A stretch of DNA of 63,480 nt, filler included, from Octopus bimaculoides (GCF_001194135.2; 5 parts of 4 records of this genome joined end to end with filler, not necessarily neighbours in it), one strand, 5' to 3'. Shown: positions 39,226-52,420, counted from the first letter of the whole stretch. The notes: generated by a model not told the origin, from the letters alone. A program made the numbers and translations.

Positions 39226-40587
39226 ATGGAAGATGTTATTCACTCGAACGCTTCTAACTCAGCTGTTTTTGAGACAGATTCAGTAACAGAGATTGACAGT
39301 GGTGAGGAATATTTATGTAGTGAAATATTTACTAAACAAAGAACATTACACGGAAACATTTCTGATTATCCCTGTGAGATTTGTAGGAAAACGTTCTCTT
39401 CAGAACGTGAAGTCTTTGCACACAAACAAATACACAGCGAAACGGAAAAACCCTTTCACTGTGAAATATGTGGGAAATCTTTTTCTAATAATTCGAAATT
39501 TGTTATTCACAGTCGTAGTCACAGAGGAGATAAACTTTATAGTTGTGAAATTTGTGGTAAATCATTTATGAAAAATAGTAATCTAACAACACACAAAAGG
39601 ATACACACCAGAGAAAAACCATTTCACTGTGAAATATGTGGCAAAACTTTCATTAATAATTCAAAACTTGTTGTCCACAATCGTATTCATACTGGAGAAA
39701 AGCCCTTTCATTGTGATGTTTGTGGCAAGTCTTTCGTCTCTAACAGTATTTTAAAAAGACATCAAATGATACATTCTGGAGAAAAACTATTTCACTGTGA
39801 GGTATGTGGAAAATCTTTTATTGATAATTCAAAACTCATTATACATAACCGAAGTCACAGTGGAGAGAAACCTTATCATTGTGATATCTGTGGAAAATCT
39901 TTTGTTTCCAATAGTATTTTAACTCGACACAAAATTATACACAGTGGAGAAAAAGCATTTCATTGTGAGATATGTGGAAAATCGTTTAGGAAAAACAGTA
40001 ATTTGACAACACACAGAAGAATCCACACTGGAGAGAAACCTTTTCATTGTGAAATATGTGGGAAGAGTTTCTCTGTTAATTCAAGTCTTGTAGTTCACAT
40101 TAGAATACATACTGGAGAGAAGCCTTACAGTTGTGAAGTGTGTGAGAAGTCATTTATCACAAATAGTGATTTGACAAAACATAGAAGAATACATACTGGA
40201 GAGCTGCTACACTGTGAAACCTGTGGGAAAGCTTTCACCACTAACAGTCACCTGAAAACACACAAACAAGTACACACGGGAGAAAAATTGTTCCACTGTG
40301 AAATTTGTGGGAAATCGTTCTCTGTGAATTCAAGTCTTGTTATTCACGTACGTAGTCACACTGGAGAAAAGCCATATCATTGTGACGTGTGCGGGAAGTC
40401 GTTTATGGTCAACAGTGACTTGACAAAGCACAAAAGGATACATACTGGAGAAAATTTGTTTCACTGTGAAATCTGTGGTAAATCTGTCACTGAAAGATCC
40501 AAGCTCGTTATCCACAAACGTACTCACACCGGAGAAAAGCCTTATGACTGTGAAATCTGTGGTAAATCTTTCTCTGTTAATTCTCAC
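39226..40587 (+). CDS. Tandem C2H2 (Kruppel-type) zinc-finger protein, 14 complete fingers plus a partial 15th; 3' end lost in gap
   Basis: Uninterrupted ORF with CxxC-x12-HxxxH and TGEKP-type linkers; acceptor (cttacattcag) at 39185-39186 and in-frame TAA at 39220 make 39226 the likely start, with an upstream non-coding exon. Confidence 0.95.
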
Positions 40588-40687
40588 NNNNNNNNNNNNN
40601 NNNNNNNNNNNNNNNNNNNNNNNNNNNNNNNTTAATTAATTAANNNNNNNNNNNNNNNNNNNNNNNNNNNNNNNNNNNNNNNNNNNN
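40588..40687. other. 100-bp scaffolding gap with central TTAATTAATTAA spacer (also 26979-27078, 57774-57873, 61051-61150)
   Basis: Identical 44N + 12 nt + 44N layout at four sites; the palindromic spacer places stops in all six frames. Confidence 0.9.
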
Positions 40688-41179
40688 TAGGCACATGTAC
40701 ATGTATATATATGTATGTGTATGTGTGTGTTGCTTTGTGGTGTGGCGGGGATGCTGAATTCCCGGTTCGAAAATATATAGACAAAGATAGTGTGTCGTTT
40801 AGCCTGCTACAAACGTTGTTTCTTGTGGCTAATAAACAGTAACAGCGTCCCTTACAGGACAACCATATTATGTTGGCAATTAAATTCTTCTTGATGTATA
40901 CGTACAAAAGATAGATAGAGAATATCTTGGCAGGAATTCATTTATATCAGACCCTTCGTATACATATGCGAATGATTAGATGGAGATGGGTCTTAACAGC
41001 TGTTCCAAAAAGTCAACCTGGTTGGAGGTAAGTATACATTATACAAAAATTCACAATGTGACTAGGTAATGATCATGCACGGACGATAATCAAAACTGTT
41101 AGCAACTCGCATGTAGTATGATATTTTAATATCTTCAAACGGGAAATCCCGCTAGAATGGGAGGCAACGGAGGTTGAAG

Positions 41180-41907
41180 TGGTAGAAGGCCATATATTCC
41201 ATAGAAGAACATGCAGGCAAATATAAAGACAGAAATCTCACCACATAATAGCTTACTGGATAATTTTACAAGAGAGCTGATGAAAATGGTCAAGAACATT
41301 AAATTTCCTAAGCATATGAATATGTTCCTCAAAGATTTATCCACGATTATCTCTGGCATTATAAGATCACTAAACATCCATGTATTCTCTAACAAAAGCA
41401 ATAATTTCTACGCTCTCTTTCTGTGGATAACTATAAGGACTTTATCATCGAGAAATTCAATAGAAATTATAAACTGGCGGATGACGCTGTCTTAATGAGG
41501 ATTAATGATCAAAACTGTGACCTCGTAATGGACCTTGTGAAGGATAGACTCTTACATGCATATATCTCCGTACTTCAACCGAAAGAATCACAAGGCTGAT
41601 CTTTCTAAATACTCATTTTATAAGACTTACAGGTCTTAACAGATCTGACCGTGGATTTATTTGTAAGATTATTTTAGATATGATTATTCAAATAATTGAA
41701 GATAACTAAAGCTTAATCTTTAAAGCCAAACAGGAGAGTTAATCACTTGGTTCTACTTGTGATTTGGCTTAAATATATACTGTTCCTGTTTTCCTTACTC
41801 AGTTTAATAAAGCTGTTATATGTGCTAAAAAATTAACAACACTTAGTTGCAATGTTGTAAATATTCTGCGAAAGTTAGGAAATACACCCTTCAATATTAC
41901 ATAATGG
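41180..41907 (+). mobile_element. Degenerate Penelope-like RT, 5' part (split by hAT)
   Basis: LDNFTRELMKMVKNIKF...VFSNKSNNFY, then KILDMI, ELITWF, LFNKAV remnants resembling the PLE RT N-terminal region. Confidence 0.6.
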
Positions 41908-44900
41908 CAGTGGCGGATCTACAATATTGGGGCCCTGAAGCCTAAAATTTTATGGTGGCCCATTTTACAACCAGCAACAGCAGAGTAACATCTAAGAAGG
42001 GTCAACGATTTTTTTGTGACTTTGCAAAGAACTCCAGTTTCAGGCCCTGAGAGCCCAAATCGTGGAGTTTTGACGTGGAGTCCTTAAAAATGAGTCTGAA
42101 AGTAAGCCCTGTATCCACCAGAAACGAGGTGTGGGTAATCACTGATATTTTTGTCGATGCGGTTGTTCCATGGCAAATCACTACAGATATTCTCCAGGTT
42201 ATGCCTTATACTTTTAGTTATGACGGTTGAAAATTAGGGAAGTGTTATATACATGCATGATGCATTATTAAGATACATATGAAAATTACAAAATGCCCTT
42301 TTTCCTGTTTTTGTTGCAACAATTTTGTCATATGACAGCTACTTTGCAATGTCATCTTCTAGAGATTATGCATAAGGAATTTAAGCGCTCTTCAGTCATG
42401 GTAGGCCGAAATTTATTCTTAACAAAGGAAAGCTTTGAGGAACCTCTTTCTGCTTCACAGCTCGTGATAGGCATTGTCAAGTAGGACTTATGCGCAGTGG
42501 TAATATTAGGGGACACTTCAATTAATTGCTACTCATAAATAAGCTGAAGAACTTCTGTGCATTGCATTTTAGATGGTGTGTTTTCTTCTGTGTTCCAGGA
42601 TTTCCTAACTGATATCACTCATTTATCAGTTTGTGGTCAATATCATCTTTGTAATGCAATATTATATGTTTGATATTGTTCTCATCAAATTCTTAATTGT
42701 TCATCAATTCTGAGAGAAACTTGAACCTTTTCGCAATCTGCTCATATGGGTCCATCCTCTTGCTTAACTGGATTATCAAGCAGTCATAGACTTTATTTAG
42801 AACTTCTATCCCAAATTTTTTAGCCCCTTTCAAAGAATCCTTATCACTTGTTACATCTGCAAATTTCTTTGTAACAATGCGTTTGCAAACATCAGAATAA
42901 TTTGAGGTAATGTAATCACATAAACCTTTTGCTACTGATTCATAGTGTGCAATCATGTCGGCTGAATTTTCTCGTAGTTCTTTAAAAATGAAAGCAAAGA
43001 TGCTAGCAGAAAGTAACCTTCAAAAACATCAGAACCAAGGGTTTGGAGTTTCTTAATTGTTTTGTTAAAACACTCCATACCTTCTTCCCAGACGTCTGCT
43101 AAACCATCATATTCCAATTTACTAACTTGCGGTATAAATTCTTTGCATCTCACTTACATTCAGGCTTCTCTTGTGAGTCTTCAAACATATGTTTGAGTGT
43201 TTGTAAAATATCCCTATATCCACGTTTAATTGCTCGAACTGCTTCATAGTGAGTAGGTCATCTAGTTATACTTAACCCCTTTAGAGAAAAGGCTAGATTA
43301 CCCTGTGTGTCTAAAATCCCCCATCTTCGAGGGGATTCAGAAAAGAAAATATACAGCTGCTGCAAGATGCCAAAATAGTCAACAGGTTCCGGTACAATGG
43401 ACACTGCCTGTTACTAAACAAGGTTGAGTGAATGTCTTCCACATGGTACAAGGTCTGCACACCTGTTAATGTTTTAAGAAGTGATTGCAGCTCATTCTCC
43501 GAGCCCTTCATGTTGGAAACATTATCATACGAATATTTTCAAGTGAAAGCTTATGCTCACCCAGAAATTGTGTTATTTTGTTGAACAAGGTCGTGGATGA
43601 ATTGTTTCCTACTGGAATAAAGTAAAATATCTCTCACAAGGCCTTCCATTATAACAATATCGAACCACACTTAGCAGCTGGTCAACATGTGTCACGTCAG
43701 GTGTAGAGTCAACAATAATTGAATAGTATTTGGTGTCTAGATAGTTGATCTCATTCACCACTTCATCTTTCACATGTTTTCTCATGATTTCTATCAATTC
43801 TTCATACACAGATTTGGATTGGTAAGTAATGTTTACTTTTTCGTTTTTACATTTCTCTAAATGTTCATGTAAAAATGGGACAAACTCCGCAATCAGCTCA
43901 ATGGCCCCCATGAAATTTCCATTGTTTGTGGAGCCCCACTTTTCCTCATGACCTCTAAATGCTAAACCTCTTTTACTTAAAAAAACTTTATAACCGCTAC
44001 TACTCTTTTTAGTACTTCAAAATAGTACTGCTTGTTTTTTTTCTCAACTGTTCCTCAATTTGCTGTTCTACACAGTTTTTATTTGACTTTCGTGTTAGCC
44101 AGCTTAACATTGCCGTTATGTTCCATGCTGTCTTCGTGACTTTCCAGAGTTCTGAGTAGATTCATCCAATCAGAAAACCCATCCGTTGTAAGTGATAGTT
44201 AGCATTTAGAAAAAAGTTTTCTCTTTCAGTAAACTAACCAGTATCTCATCACAGTCTAAAAATGTTTGAATCTTTTTTCAAAGTACTTGTTTGGAAAACT
44301 TCGATTTTGCTGTTTTTAACTCTTGTTGGATTCAGTATATATACATTGTCTGTTTTTTTTTTCATTTTGAAAAAAAAAACTGATGTCTTGCATTAAAGAG
44401 TTTTGTATAAAATCATTATCAATTGTTACAGGCCAGTTTGCCAGGTTACTGTATTCTTTGAAATTACTAAATTTGCGTCCTCTTTTCCTGTTTCTGCTCT
44501 CGCTTTTCTGTAAGTTCTTGATCACTGTGATCATCATCTGCACCTAAAATGTCAACAGTAGGTTGATTATTGCTAAACGGCGCACTCATGGTTTGTGTAT
44601 TATCATTGACTACACTGGTGCTTTCATGGCTTGTTTCAGTTGCAGGTGATAACAAATTTTTACTTGACGTTGTAAAATAGTATGGTAGTTTTTGACATTT
44701 AGAAATTTCATTAGATTGCCTTTCCTTGAGTTGGCATTTTTGGTATCCGCTGAAGTACTTTCTTAAAGACATTGCTATTCCTCTCGGGGCTGAGACCTCT
44801 GTGAAAGAAAAATTGGGGTAATATTTTCATTAACCACAGCAAGACAGAGATAGATCAAGATAAGTGTCCACAACTTAATGTTTTTGTTGTTGGCACTCCG

Positions 44901-45781
44901 TCGCTTACGACGTCGAGGGTTCCAGTTGATCCGATCAACGGAATAGCCTGCTCGTGAAATTAACGTGCAAGTGGCTGAGCACTCCACAGACACGTGTAGT
45001 TCTCGGGGATATTCAGCGTGACACAGTGTGACAAGGCTGACCCTTTGAATTACAGGCACAACAGAAACAGGAAGTAAGAGTGAGAGAAAGTTATGGTGAA
45101 CGAGTACAGCAGGGTTCGCCACCATCCCCTGCCAGAGCCTCGTGGAGCTTTAGGTGTTTTCGCTCAAGAAGCACTCACAACGCCCGGTCTGGGAATCGAA
45201 ACTGCGATCCTATGACCGCGAGTCCGCTGCCCTTACCACTGGGCCATTGCGCCTCCACCCACAACTTAATATATAGTCATAAATGAAGAATTGTTTATAT
45301 TGTACAAGGTGATATTCAGACAATTTTTAAACTAGAAAAAATGCTTTGTTACTGAACAGATTGTAAGTCTAAAATTAGGAGGCGAACCCTTTCATTGGTC
45401 ATTGAGTAATGGAGTGAAAATAAAGAATTTGTATCCCTACCATACTGATGCATTAGTAGACATATTTGACAGAGGAAGTGGCGGCGCTGAAGTTTCCAAA
45501 ATAATTCAAGTGAATTATCTGCGAGTCGTTTGTACTTCCATTTTTTATGCTAGTCCACACAGGCAGATTCAACTCGTGGACAACTCGTGGCTAGACATTG
45601 CGTACCTAGACTCTCCGATATGACACTCACTAAGACTGGTAACAGCACTCTGCATGGCATAATACAAAAGTAAAAAAGAAAATGATAGAATGAAAAAAAT
45701 TAAGTTGCTTCAAAGGGACCCCTCCGGGAATAGGGGCTCTGAAACGTAAGCTTCATTAGTTGTATGGTAGATCCGCCACTG
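41908..45781 (-). mobile_element. hAT DNA transposon (Tip100/ZMYM1-like transposase), pseudogenised, 3874 bp
   Basis: 15-bp perfect TIRs cagtggcggatctac / gtagatccgccactg; 8-bp TSD cataatgg/cataatga; remnants GNFMGAIELIAEF, YSIIVDSTPDVTHVDQL, LTMPITSCEAERGSSKL. Confidence 0.92.
44880..45258 (-). mobile_element. tRNA-derived SINE inserted into hAT, with 12-bp TSD
   Basis: TSD ccacaacttaat at 44868-44879 and 45259-45270; tRNA-like head at the 45258 end, (AAC)n tail at the 44880 end. Confidence 0.9.
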
Positions 45782-46400
45782 CATAATGATGCACAACGCC
45801 TATCAAAGATTACATTGATATCACGACGGGATCTTCAGATTCTGCTTCTGTCATGGACATTGTAAGTTTATTTCTACAAAACCTTCATGCTACACATTTT
45901 TCTAAAATTGAGGGTTGTCTCTATAGAGAAGACGCTTTACACGTGTCCAAAAGTGGTCAAAATCCGATTAAGAATGTGCTCGTAAAGTTCTGTAAGTTTA
46001 ATCACCAATTACTTTTACAATTACTGGTTACTAATTTTAACGTAGCGAATGACGAAAGGGAGGATATCATTATGTTTCGAAAAGACACTCTGGTCCATGT
46101 AAATTCGGTTGGCAAACGGCTCCCAAAGTATAGGTTCAGTAAAACCTGCCGTTCATTATCTCAAGGTCGATAAAATTAATATCGGTTTAATCAATCTTCT
46201 TGAAGTTCTTTATGTTGCAACTTTATAGCTTAGACCGAAATCAATACTTAGAGTCTATTGAAGTCTGGAATATTTATTGTCTACAAATATCTGTCTATGT
46301 GAAAACTAAAACAAAAATATATTACAAACATTCATCCATTACAAGTATTAAAAGACTCAGAAAGTTTTATAATAAGCATTCAACTAAGACATGTGTCACG
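45782..46400 (+). mobile_element. Degenerate Penelope-like RT, 3' part (continuation after hAT)
   Basis: IDITTGSSDSASVMDIVSLFL...GCLYREDAL (cf. FDVTMGSYDGAEVCELVG / GLYRDDGL), MFRKDTLVHVNS. Confidence 0.65.
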
Positions 46401-46654
46401 GAATACGTTAGTTTCCTCTGTCTTGTTCACTGACGCTTTAACCCTATCCCCAGTAAATTTATGTATGTAATATGTATGTATATTTATCTACATGTATACG
46501 TTTGCGTGAATATACGTGTACGTATAACTACATTCACACATATACATTTATCAGTACATACATCCACTCACGCACGTATGCGCATATGTACATATGTTAC
46601 ATACATATGCATGAATAGAGTGTGAATGTGTATATGTATATATAAAAATATATT

Positions 46655-46728
<74 letters not shown>

Positions 46729-47559
46729 NNNNNNNNNNNNNNNNNNNNNNNNNNNNNNNNNNNNNNNNNNNNNNNNNNNNNNNNNNNNNNNNNNNNNNNN
46801 NNNNNNNNNNNNNNNNNNNNNNNNNNNNNNNNNNNNNNNNNNNNNNNNNNNNNNNNNNNNNNNNNNNNNNNNNNNNNNNNNNNNNNNNNNNNNNNNNNNN
46901 NNNNNNNNNNNNNNNNNNNNNNNNNNNNNNNNNNNNNNNNNNNNNNNNNNNNNNNNNNNNNNNNNNNNNNNNNNNNNNNNNNNNNNNNNNNNNNNNNNNN
47001 NNNNNNNNNNNNNNNNNNNNNNNNNNNNNNNNNNNNNNNNNNNNNNNNNNNNNNNNNNNNNNNNNNNNNNNNNNNNNNNNNNNNNNNNNNNNNNNNNNNN
47101 NNNNNNNNNNNNNNNNNNNNNNNNNNNNNNNNNNNNNNNNNNNNNNNNNNNNNNNNNNNNNNNNNNNNNNNNNNNNNNNNNNNNNNNNNNNNNNNNNNNN
47201 NNNNNNNNNNNNNNNNNNNNNNNNNNNNNNNNNNNNNNNNNNNNNNNNNNNNNNNNNNNNNNNNNNNNNNNNNNNNNNNNNNNNNNNNNNNNNNNNNNNN
47301 NNNNNNNNNNNNNNNNNNNNNNNNNNNNNNNNNNNNNNNNNNNNNNNNNNNNNNNNNNNNNNNNNNNNNNNNNNNNNNNNTATATATATATATATATATT
47401 TCCGGGAGGTTTCTTAATAGTAATATTTTTCTTCCACATCTCTTGGTATAATGCTTGCGGGTTGGAAGAAAACGTGCGATTGATACTGGCTCAAAAATTC
47501 GCATGCGATAGCGGAGTTTCTCGCTCATCGTCCTGAGTTCGTGTTTTAAAAGTGATTAG

Positions 47560-48050
47560 CTTTCCCTCAAGAGCTTGATGTGAGGAGTTGTTGGTGTTTT
47601 CAAGTTTTGTTTTCCATCTAGGTTTTTTCCGTTTAGTAATTTCGTTACTTTTTCAATGTAGCTTTCTCCTTGGTGTGTATATAAGAGTATTAATATTCCA
47701 GTAATTAACATCACATGATTCAATGTGCTCTCCAGTAACATCATTGATAACCTTAAACATTAGATCAGTCAGATTTTTTCTCACTCCTGTTCGGAATAGT
47801 CTGTTGCTCAACTAAAGCTTGGAGAAAACAGCAAAACTTCTTGCGAATTGTAATTTTAAAATGTTTTTGAGTTGAATGTATTCCGCAGTCTTCCCTACTG
47901 AGTCAGCTAAGTTTGGAGACACTCGAATTTAGCGATGGTGGAAGCGGTGGTTTGTTTAATTTATTTTTTACGCCGCTTCAGGCAGATTTAGATCCATTTT
48001 CAGTATTTTAGGAAAATCCAGGACCAGCTGGTTTGTTTTGTCTTTTTTTA
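47560..48050 (-). mobile_element. Possible N-terminal region of an RLE-type retroelement ORF
   Basis: YWNINTLIYT...KKPRWKTKLEN resembles R4-like ORF N-termini; related piece FTWIQQLN.DLLRC.EKARDDPSIEYMKQLKQYW at 48640-48836. Confidence 0.45.
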
Positions 48051-48219
48051 CAACATCACCACCGATAAAAACAGTATTACTTCACCAGTAAGTTATTTAA
48101 GATGTCGTAAGTATACTTCTAATTTTACTTGGACTCAGCAACTAAACAAAGATTTACTTCGGTTATAGGAAAAAGCCCGAGATGACCCTTCAATCGAATA
48201 CATGAAGCAGTTAAAAAAA

Positions 48220-48384
48220 GGCGCAGGAGTGCCTGAGTGGTAAGTAGCTTGCCTACCAGCCACATGGTTCCGGGTTCAGTCTCACTGTGTGGCATCTTGG
48301 GCAAGTGACTTCTACTATAGCTACGGGCCGACCAAAGCCTTGTGAGTGGATTCGGTAGACGGAAACTGAAAGAAGCCCGTCGTA

Positions 48385-48415
<31 letters not shown>

Positions 48416-48640
48416 GTATGAGTGTGTGTGTGTGTGTATATATGTTTGTGTGTCGGTGTTTGTTCGATGCTAGTGTGTTTACGTCACAGTAACTTAGCGG
48501 TTCGGCAAAAGTGAACGATAGAATAATTACTAGGCTTACAAACAACAAGTCCTGGGGTCGATTTGCTCGACGAAAGGCGGTGCTCCAGCATGGTCGCAGT
48601 CAAATGACTGCAACAAGTAAAAGAGTAAAAGAGTAAAAGA
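48220..48640 (+). mobile_element. Full-length SINE with internal TA/TG microsatellite and (gtaaaaga)n tail
   Basis: tRNA-like head, conserved body, repeated tail; many related copies in window. Confidence 0.9.
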
Positions 48641-49964
48641 TGCTTATTGTCGGAGCTGTTTCGCCGTGAAAGTATTTAAGTTGGGATGAGCTTTGATCCA
48701 GTATTGTTTTAATTGCTTCATGTATTCGATTGAAGGGTCATCTCGAGCTTTTTCCTAGCACCGAAGTAAATCTTAGTTTAGTTGCTGAATCCAAGTAAAA
48801 TTAGAAGAATACTAGTACTGTTATGATCGGTGGTGACCTTGTTAGTTTCATCTGTGGTGGGCTTAGTTTAAGACATAATCGTGTTGGCGCAATCCCACGT
48901 GGTTTAGATGTATATTTTAAAATCTGTTCCGGATAGCGCTACGATGGCAAGTAAAAGGTGTTTCCTCTTTTTAATTGTTCGAGAAAAAAAAACAGTTACA
49001 GATTTAGACTGGAGAGGTCGGCATATTTCCAGAGAAAGGCGTTCAAAACGGACTTTTTAAACGGGCCTCTACACCTGCACGTACGATGTTGACGGCGCCA
49101 TTATATATGTATGTATGTATGAATGTATGTAAGTATGTATCTATGTATGTATGTATGTATGTATGTAGGTAGGTAGGTAGGTAGGTAGGTAGGTAGGTAG
49201 GTAGGTAGGTAGCTAGCTAGCTAGCTAGCTAGGTATTCGTATTTGCGTGCGCGCACACGTAAATACACACGCAGTAAAATACACATGCAGACATGCATAT
49301 GTTACATAGTTCAAGAGCGGGAAAATGAAAGATAAAGACTTGATGAGAAAGTGGGGGGGGGGAGAAAGAGAATCGAACGAGGATATGATCCAATATACAA
49401 AATACGTAGTGAAGAGACTGTAAGTGAAGAGAACAAAGAAGAGAAAGAAGAAACACTGGTGTACCCAGACATTTTATAAGCAGTGTCTTTGAGTATGGTG
49501 CCTTAAATACTGTTTGCAATGAAGTAGAATTCCGAGTTTATGAAGACAGAAAACCGTTAAAGAGAGGAGGGGATATGAATGACGGTGTAGATAGAAAGTT
49601 AGATACGCATACATTGAAATAAATAGAATGGAAGTAAAAGGAAAAATATATTTGCTCTAGCCTGACAAAGATAATTCTCAATTAATAAAATCCCATTAAA
49701 TATTAATGGATTTACAAGTAAGAATGGTAATAACATCAAGAGAATAGGATGGAAGATTAGAAGCTCTGCGGGAGAGGAAGAAATTCTGAGATTTGGATGT
49801 CTTGAAAGAAATTCTATCAAACTTACTCCAAGCAGAAATTAGATGCTACGTCCAAGTTAATAGAACTCTTGGTAATGAGTTCCTCCCTGGAAATCTCACT
49901 AGAGGAAATACAATCATGATTCTTGGGGAGGAAGGACGATTCTATGAAAAGTGGAGGAAAGAGG

Positions 49965-50028
<64 letters not shown>

Positions 50029-50953
50029 AAGAGAAAGAGAGAGAGAGAGTATGTGTGTATACGTGTGTGCGTGAGAGTGAGAGAGATACAGAGAGTAAAC
50101 GGTAGAGTGGAGAATGATGATGAGAATGAGAAAAGGAAGGAAATTGGGAAATAAGAAAAAGATATTCAGAGTCAAGTAAAATTAACTGTGTAATAGAGTC
50201 TGAAAATCGGAGCTAGGGCTGAGAGATAATTAATGAACAAACAAGAACAAAGGTGTGGTAGTAGTGCTAGACGTATATGTATACATGTATATATGTATAT
50301 ATATATGTATGTATGTATTATATATGTATACGTTTACATAAATATATATGTATAGATATACATGTGTATATGCATGTATATATTTACATGTAGTGTATAT
50401 CGGTGTTGTAACATATTGTATGATATTTAGATGAACCTGTAGAGTAAAGATTGAATCTCACAAGAGCCGAATATACGAAAATGAATAGCTNNNNNNNNNN
50501 NNNNNNNNNNNNNNNNNNNNNNNNTATATATATATACATACATACATATGTAGATGTATATGTATATATATATGTATGTATGTATTATATATGTATACGT
50601 TTACATAAATATATATGTATAGATATACATGTGTATATGCATGTATATATTTACATGTAGTGTATATCGGTGTTGTAACATATTGTATGATATTTAGATG
50701 AACCTGTAGAGTAAAGATTGAATCTCACAAGAGCCGAATATACGAAAATGAATAGCTGATCCGTTTTGGAACTTAATTCATGGAAACATTGGCGAAAGTC
50801 CGTATAGTGTGGAGATATCATAAGTCTTTATGAAATTCTCAGAAACAAAATAGATAAATTAAGAGTAACTTAGAACTCTGCTCAGCAACTTCAAACTCGC
50901 CTCTACTAAAAACTAGGAGTTGCACTCACTTTTGAAGTAGAGCAAACTACCTC

Positions 50954-50995
<42 letters not shown>

Positions 50996-50998
50996 GAG

Positions 50999-51198
50999 GT
51001 GATGATTCTCTGGAGGACATTCGTGCTCAGCCGCCTGGATTACTGCTCACAGCTGTGGTCACCCACCAGTCTGAAATTAACAGCAGACCTTGAAGCAATC
51101 CAGAGGAGATTCACAAAGAAGATCGTCTCTTTGCAACTGCTTAGCTACTGGGAAAGGCTGAAACAGCTAAGACTCTTCTCCCTGGAGAGAAGGCGGGA
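50999..51198 (+). mobile_element. CR1/L2-group LINE RT C-terminal fragment (runs into gap)
   Basis: LWRTFVLSRLDYCSQLWSP...LEAIQRRFTKKI...YWERLKQLRLFSLERRR. Confidence 0.85.
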
Positions 51199-51807
51199 NN
51201 NNNNNNNNNNNNNNNNNNNNNNNNNNNNNNNNNNNNNNNNNNNNNNNNNNNNNNNNNNNNNNNNNNNNNNNNNNNNNNNNNNNNNNNNNNNNNNNNNNNN
51301 NNNNNNNNNNNNNNNNNNNNNNNNNNNNNNNNNNNNNNNNNNNNNNNNNNNNNNNNNNNNNNNNNNNNNNNNNNNNNNNNNNNNNNNNNNNNNNNNNNNN
51401 NNNNNNNNNNNNNNNNNNNNNNNNNNNNNNNNNNNNNNNNNNNNNNNNNNNNNNNNNNNNNNNNNNNNNNNNNNNNNNNNNNNNNNNNNNNNNNNNNNNN
51501 NNNNNNNNNNNNNNNNNNNNNNNNNNNNNNNNNNNNNNNNNNNNNNNNNNNNNNNNNNNNNNNNNNNNNNNNNNNNNNNNNNNNNNNNNNNNNNNNNNNN
51601 NNNNNNNNNNNNNNNNNNNNNNNNNNNNNNNNNNNNNNNNNNNNNNNNNNNNNNNNNNNNNNNNNNNNNNNNNNNNNNNNNNNNNNNNNNNNNNNNNNNN
51701 NNNNNNNNNNNNNNNNNNNNNNNNNNNNNNNNNNNNNNNNNNNNNNNNNNNNNNNNNNNNNNNNNNNNNNNNNNNNNNNNNNTATATATATATATATATC
51801 TACACAT

Positions 51808-51872
<65 letters not shown>

Positions 51873-52180
51873 ATATTAGGGATAAAAATCCAAATTTACA
51901 GGTAAAAACTCAATTAAATTCAATTTATTAAAAATTAAAATTTTATTAAGTCTCACAGTATAAAATATATATATTTAGTTTTGGGAAAAGAACCAAGGTT
52001 CATGAACTCATCGATGAAAATCCACTGTCACATATATATTTCATATATATATGTCACATATATATGAATTACTTTTCCACTTGTGATACAAATAGAATGA
52101 ACCTAGCATATTTTATATTTTTGTTCTCCATTTTCTTTTATTGACTTTTTAAATATATATATTTCGTTTTAGGATCACCA

Positions 52181-52420
52181 CTACTTTATTATCTCCTCTT
52201 TTTCCTAGCTCTTCTGTGTGACCCTCTGTCCGGTATTCGCCACCATAGATCGCTAGACACTACACATTCATTATTTTCTCTCCTTGTTTCTTTCTGTGGA
52301 AGACTGTAGGTTCGAAACGTTAAAAACTTTTTCACTTCCCGAGCGTAAAACTAATATATGTTTGTTGTCGACACCACCTGTCTTCGTCTTTTTGCTTTTT
52401 TGTGAATTCTCCCAGATCGA
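52181..52420 (+). mobile_element. Penelope-pLTR-like unit with degenerate hammerhead motif
   Basis: CTGTGGA-A-GACT-GTAG-GTTC-GAAA-CG...CG-TA-AAAC at 52294-52351; inverted homolog at 57432-57600. Confidence 0.5.

Noticed and set aside
40632-40643. Stop codon ending the ZNF ORF at 40635 and recurrent TTAATTAATTAA palindrome
   Set aside because: Artificial spacer inside fixed 100-bp gaps; not a biological motif and not the real stop.
50300-50757. Identical ~190-bp direct repeat on both sides of a small gap
   Set aside because: Typical unmerged contig overlap (assembly artefact).
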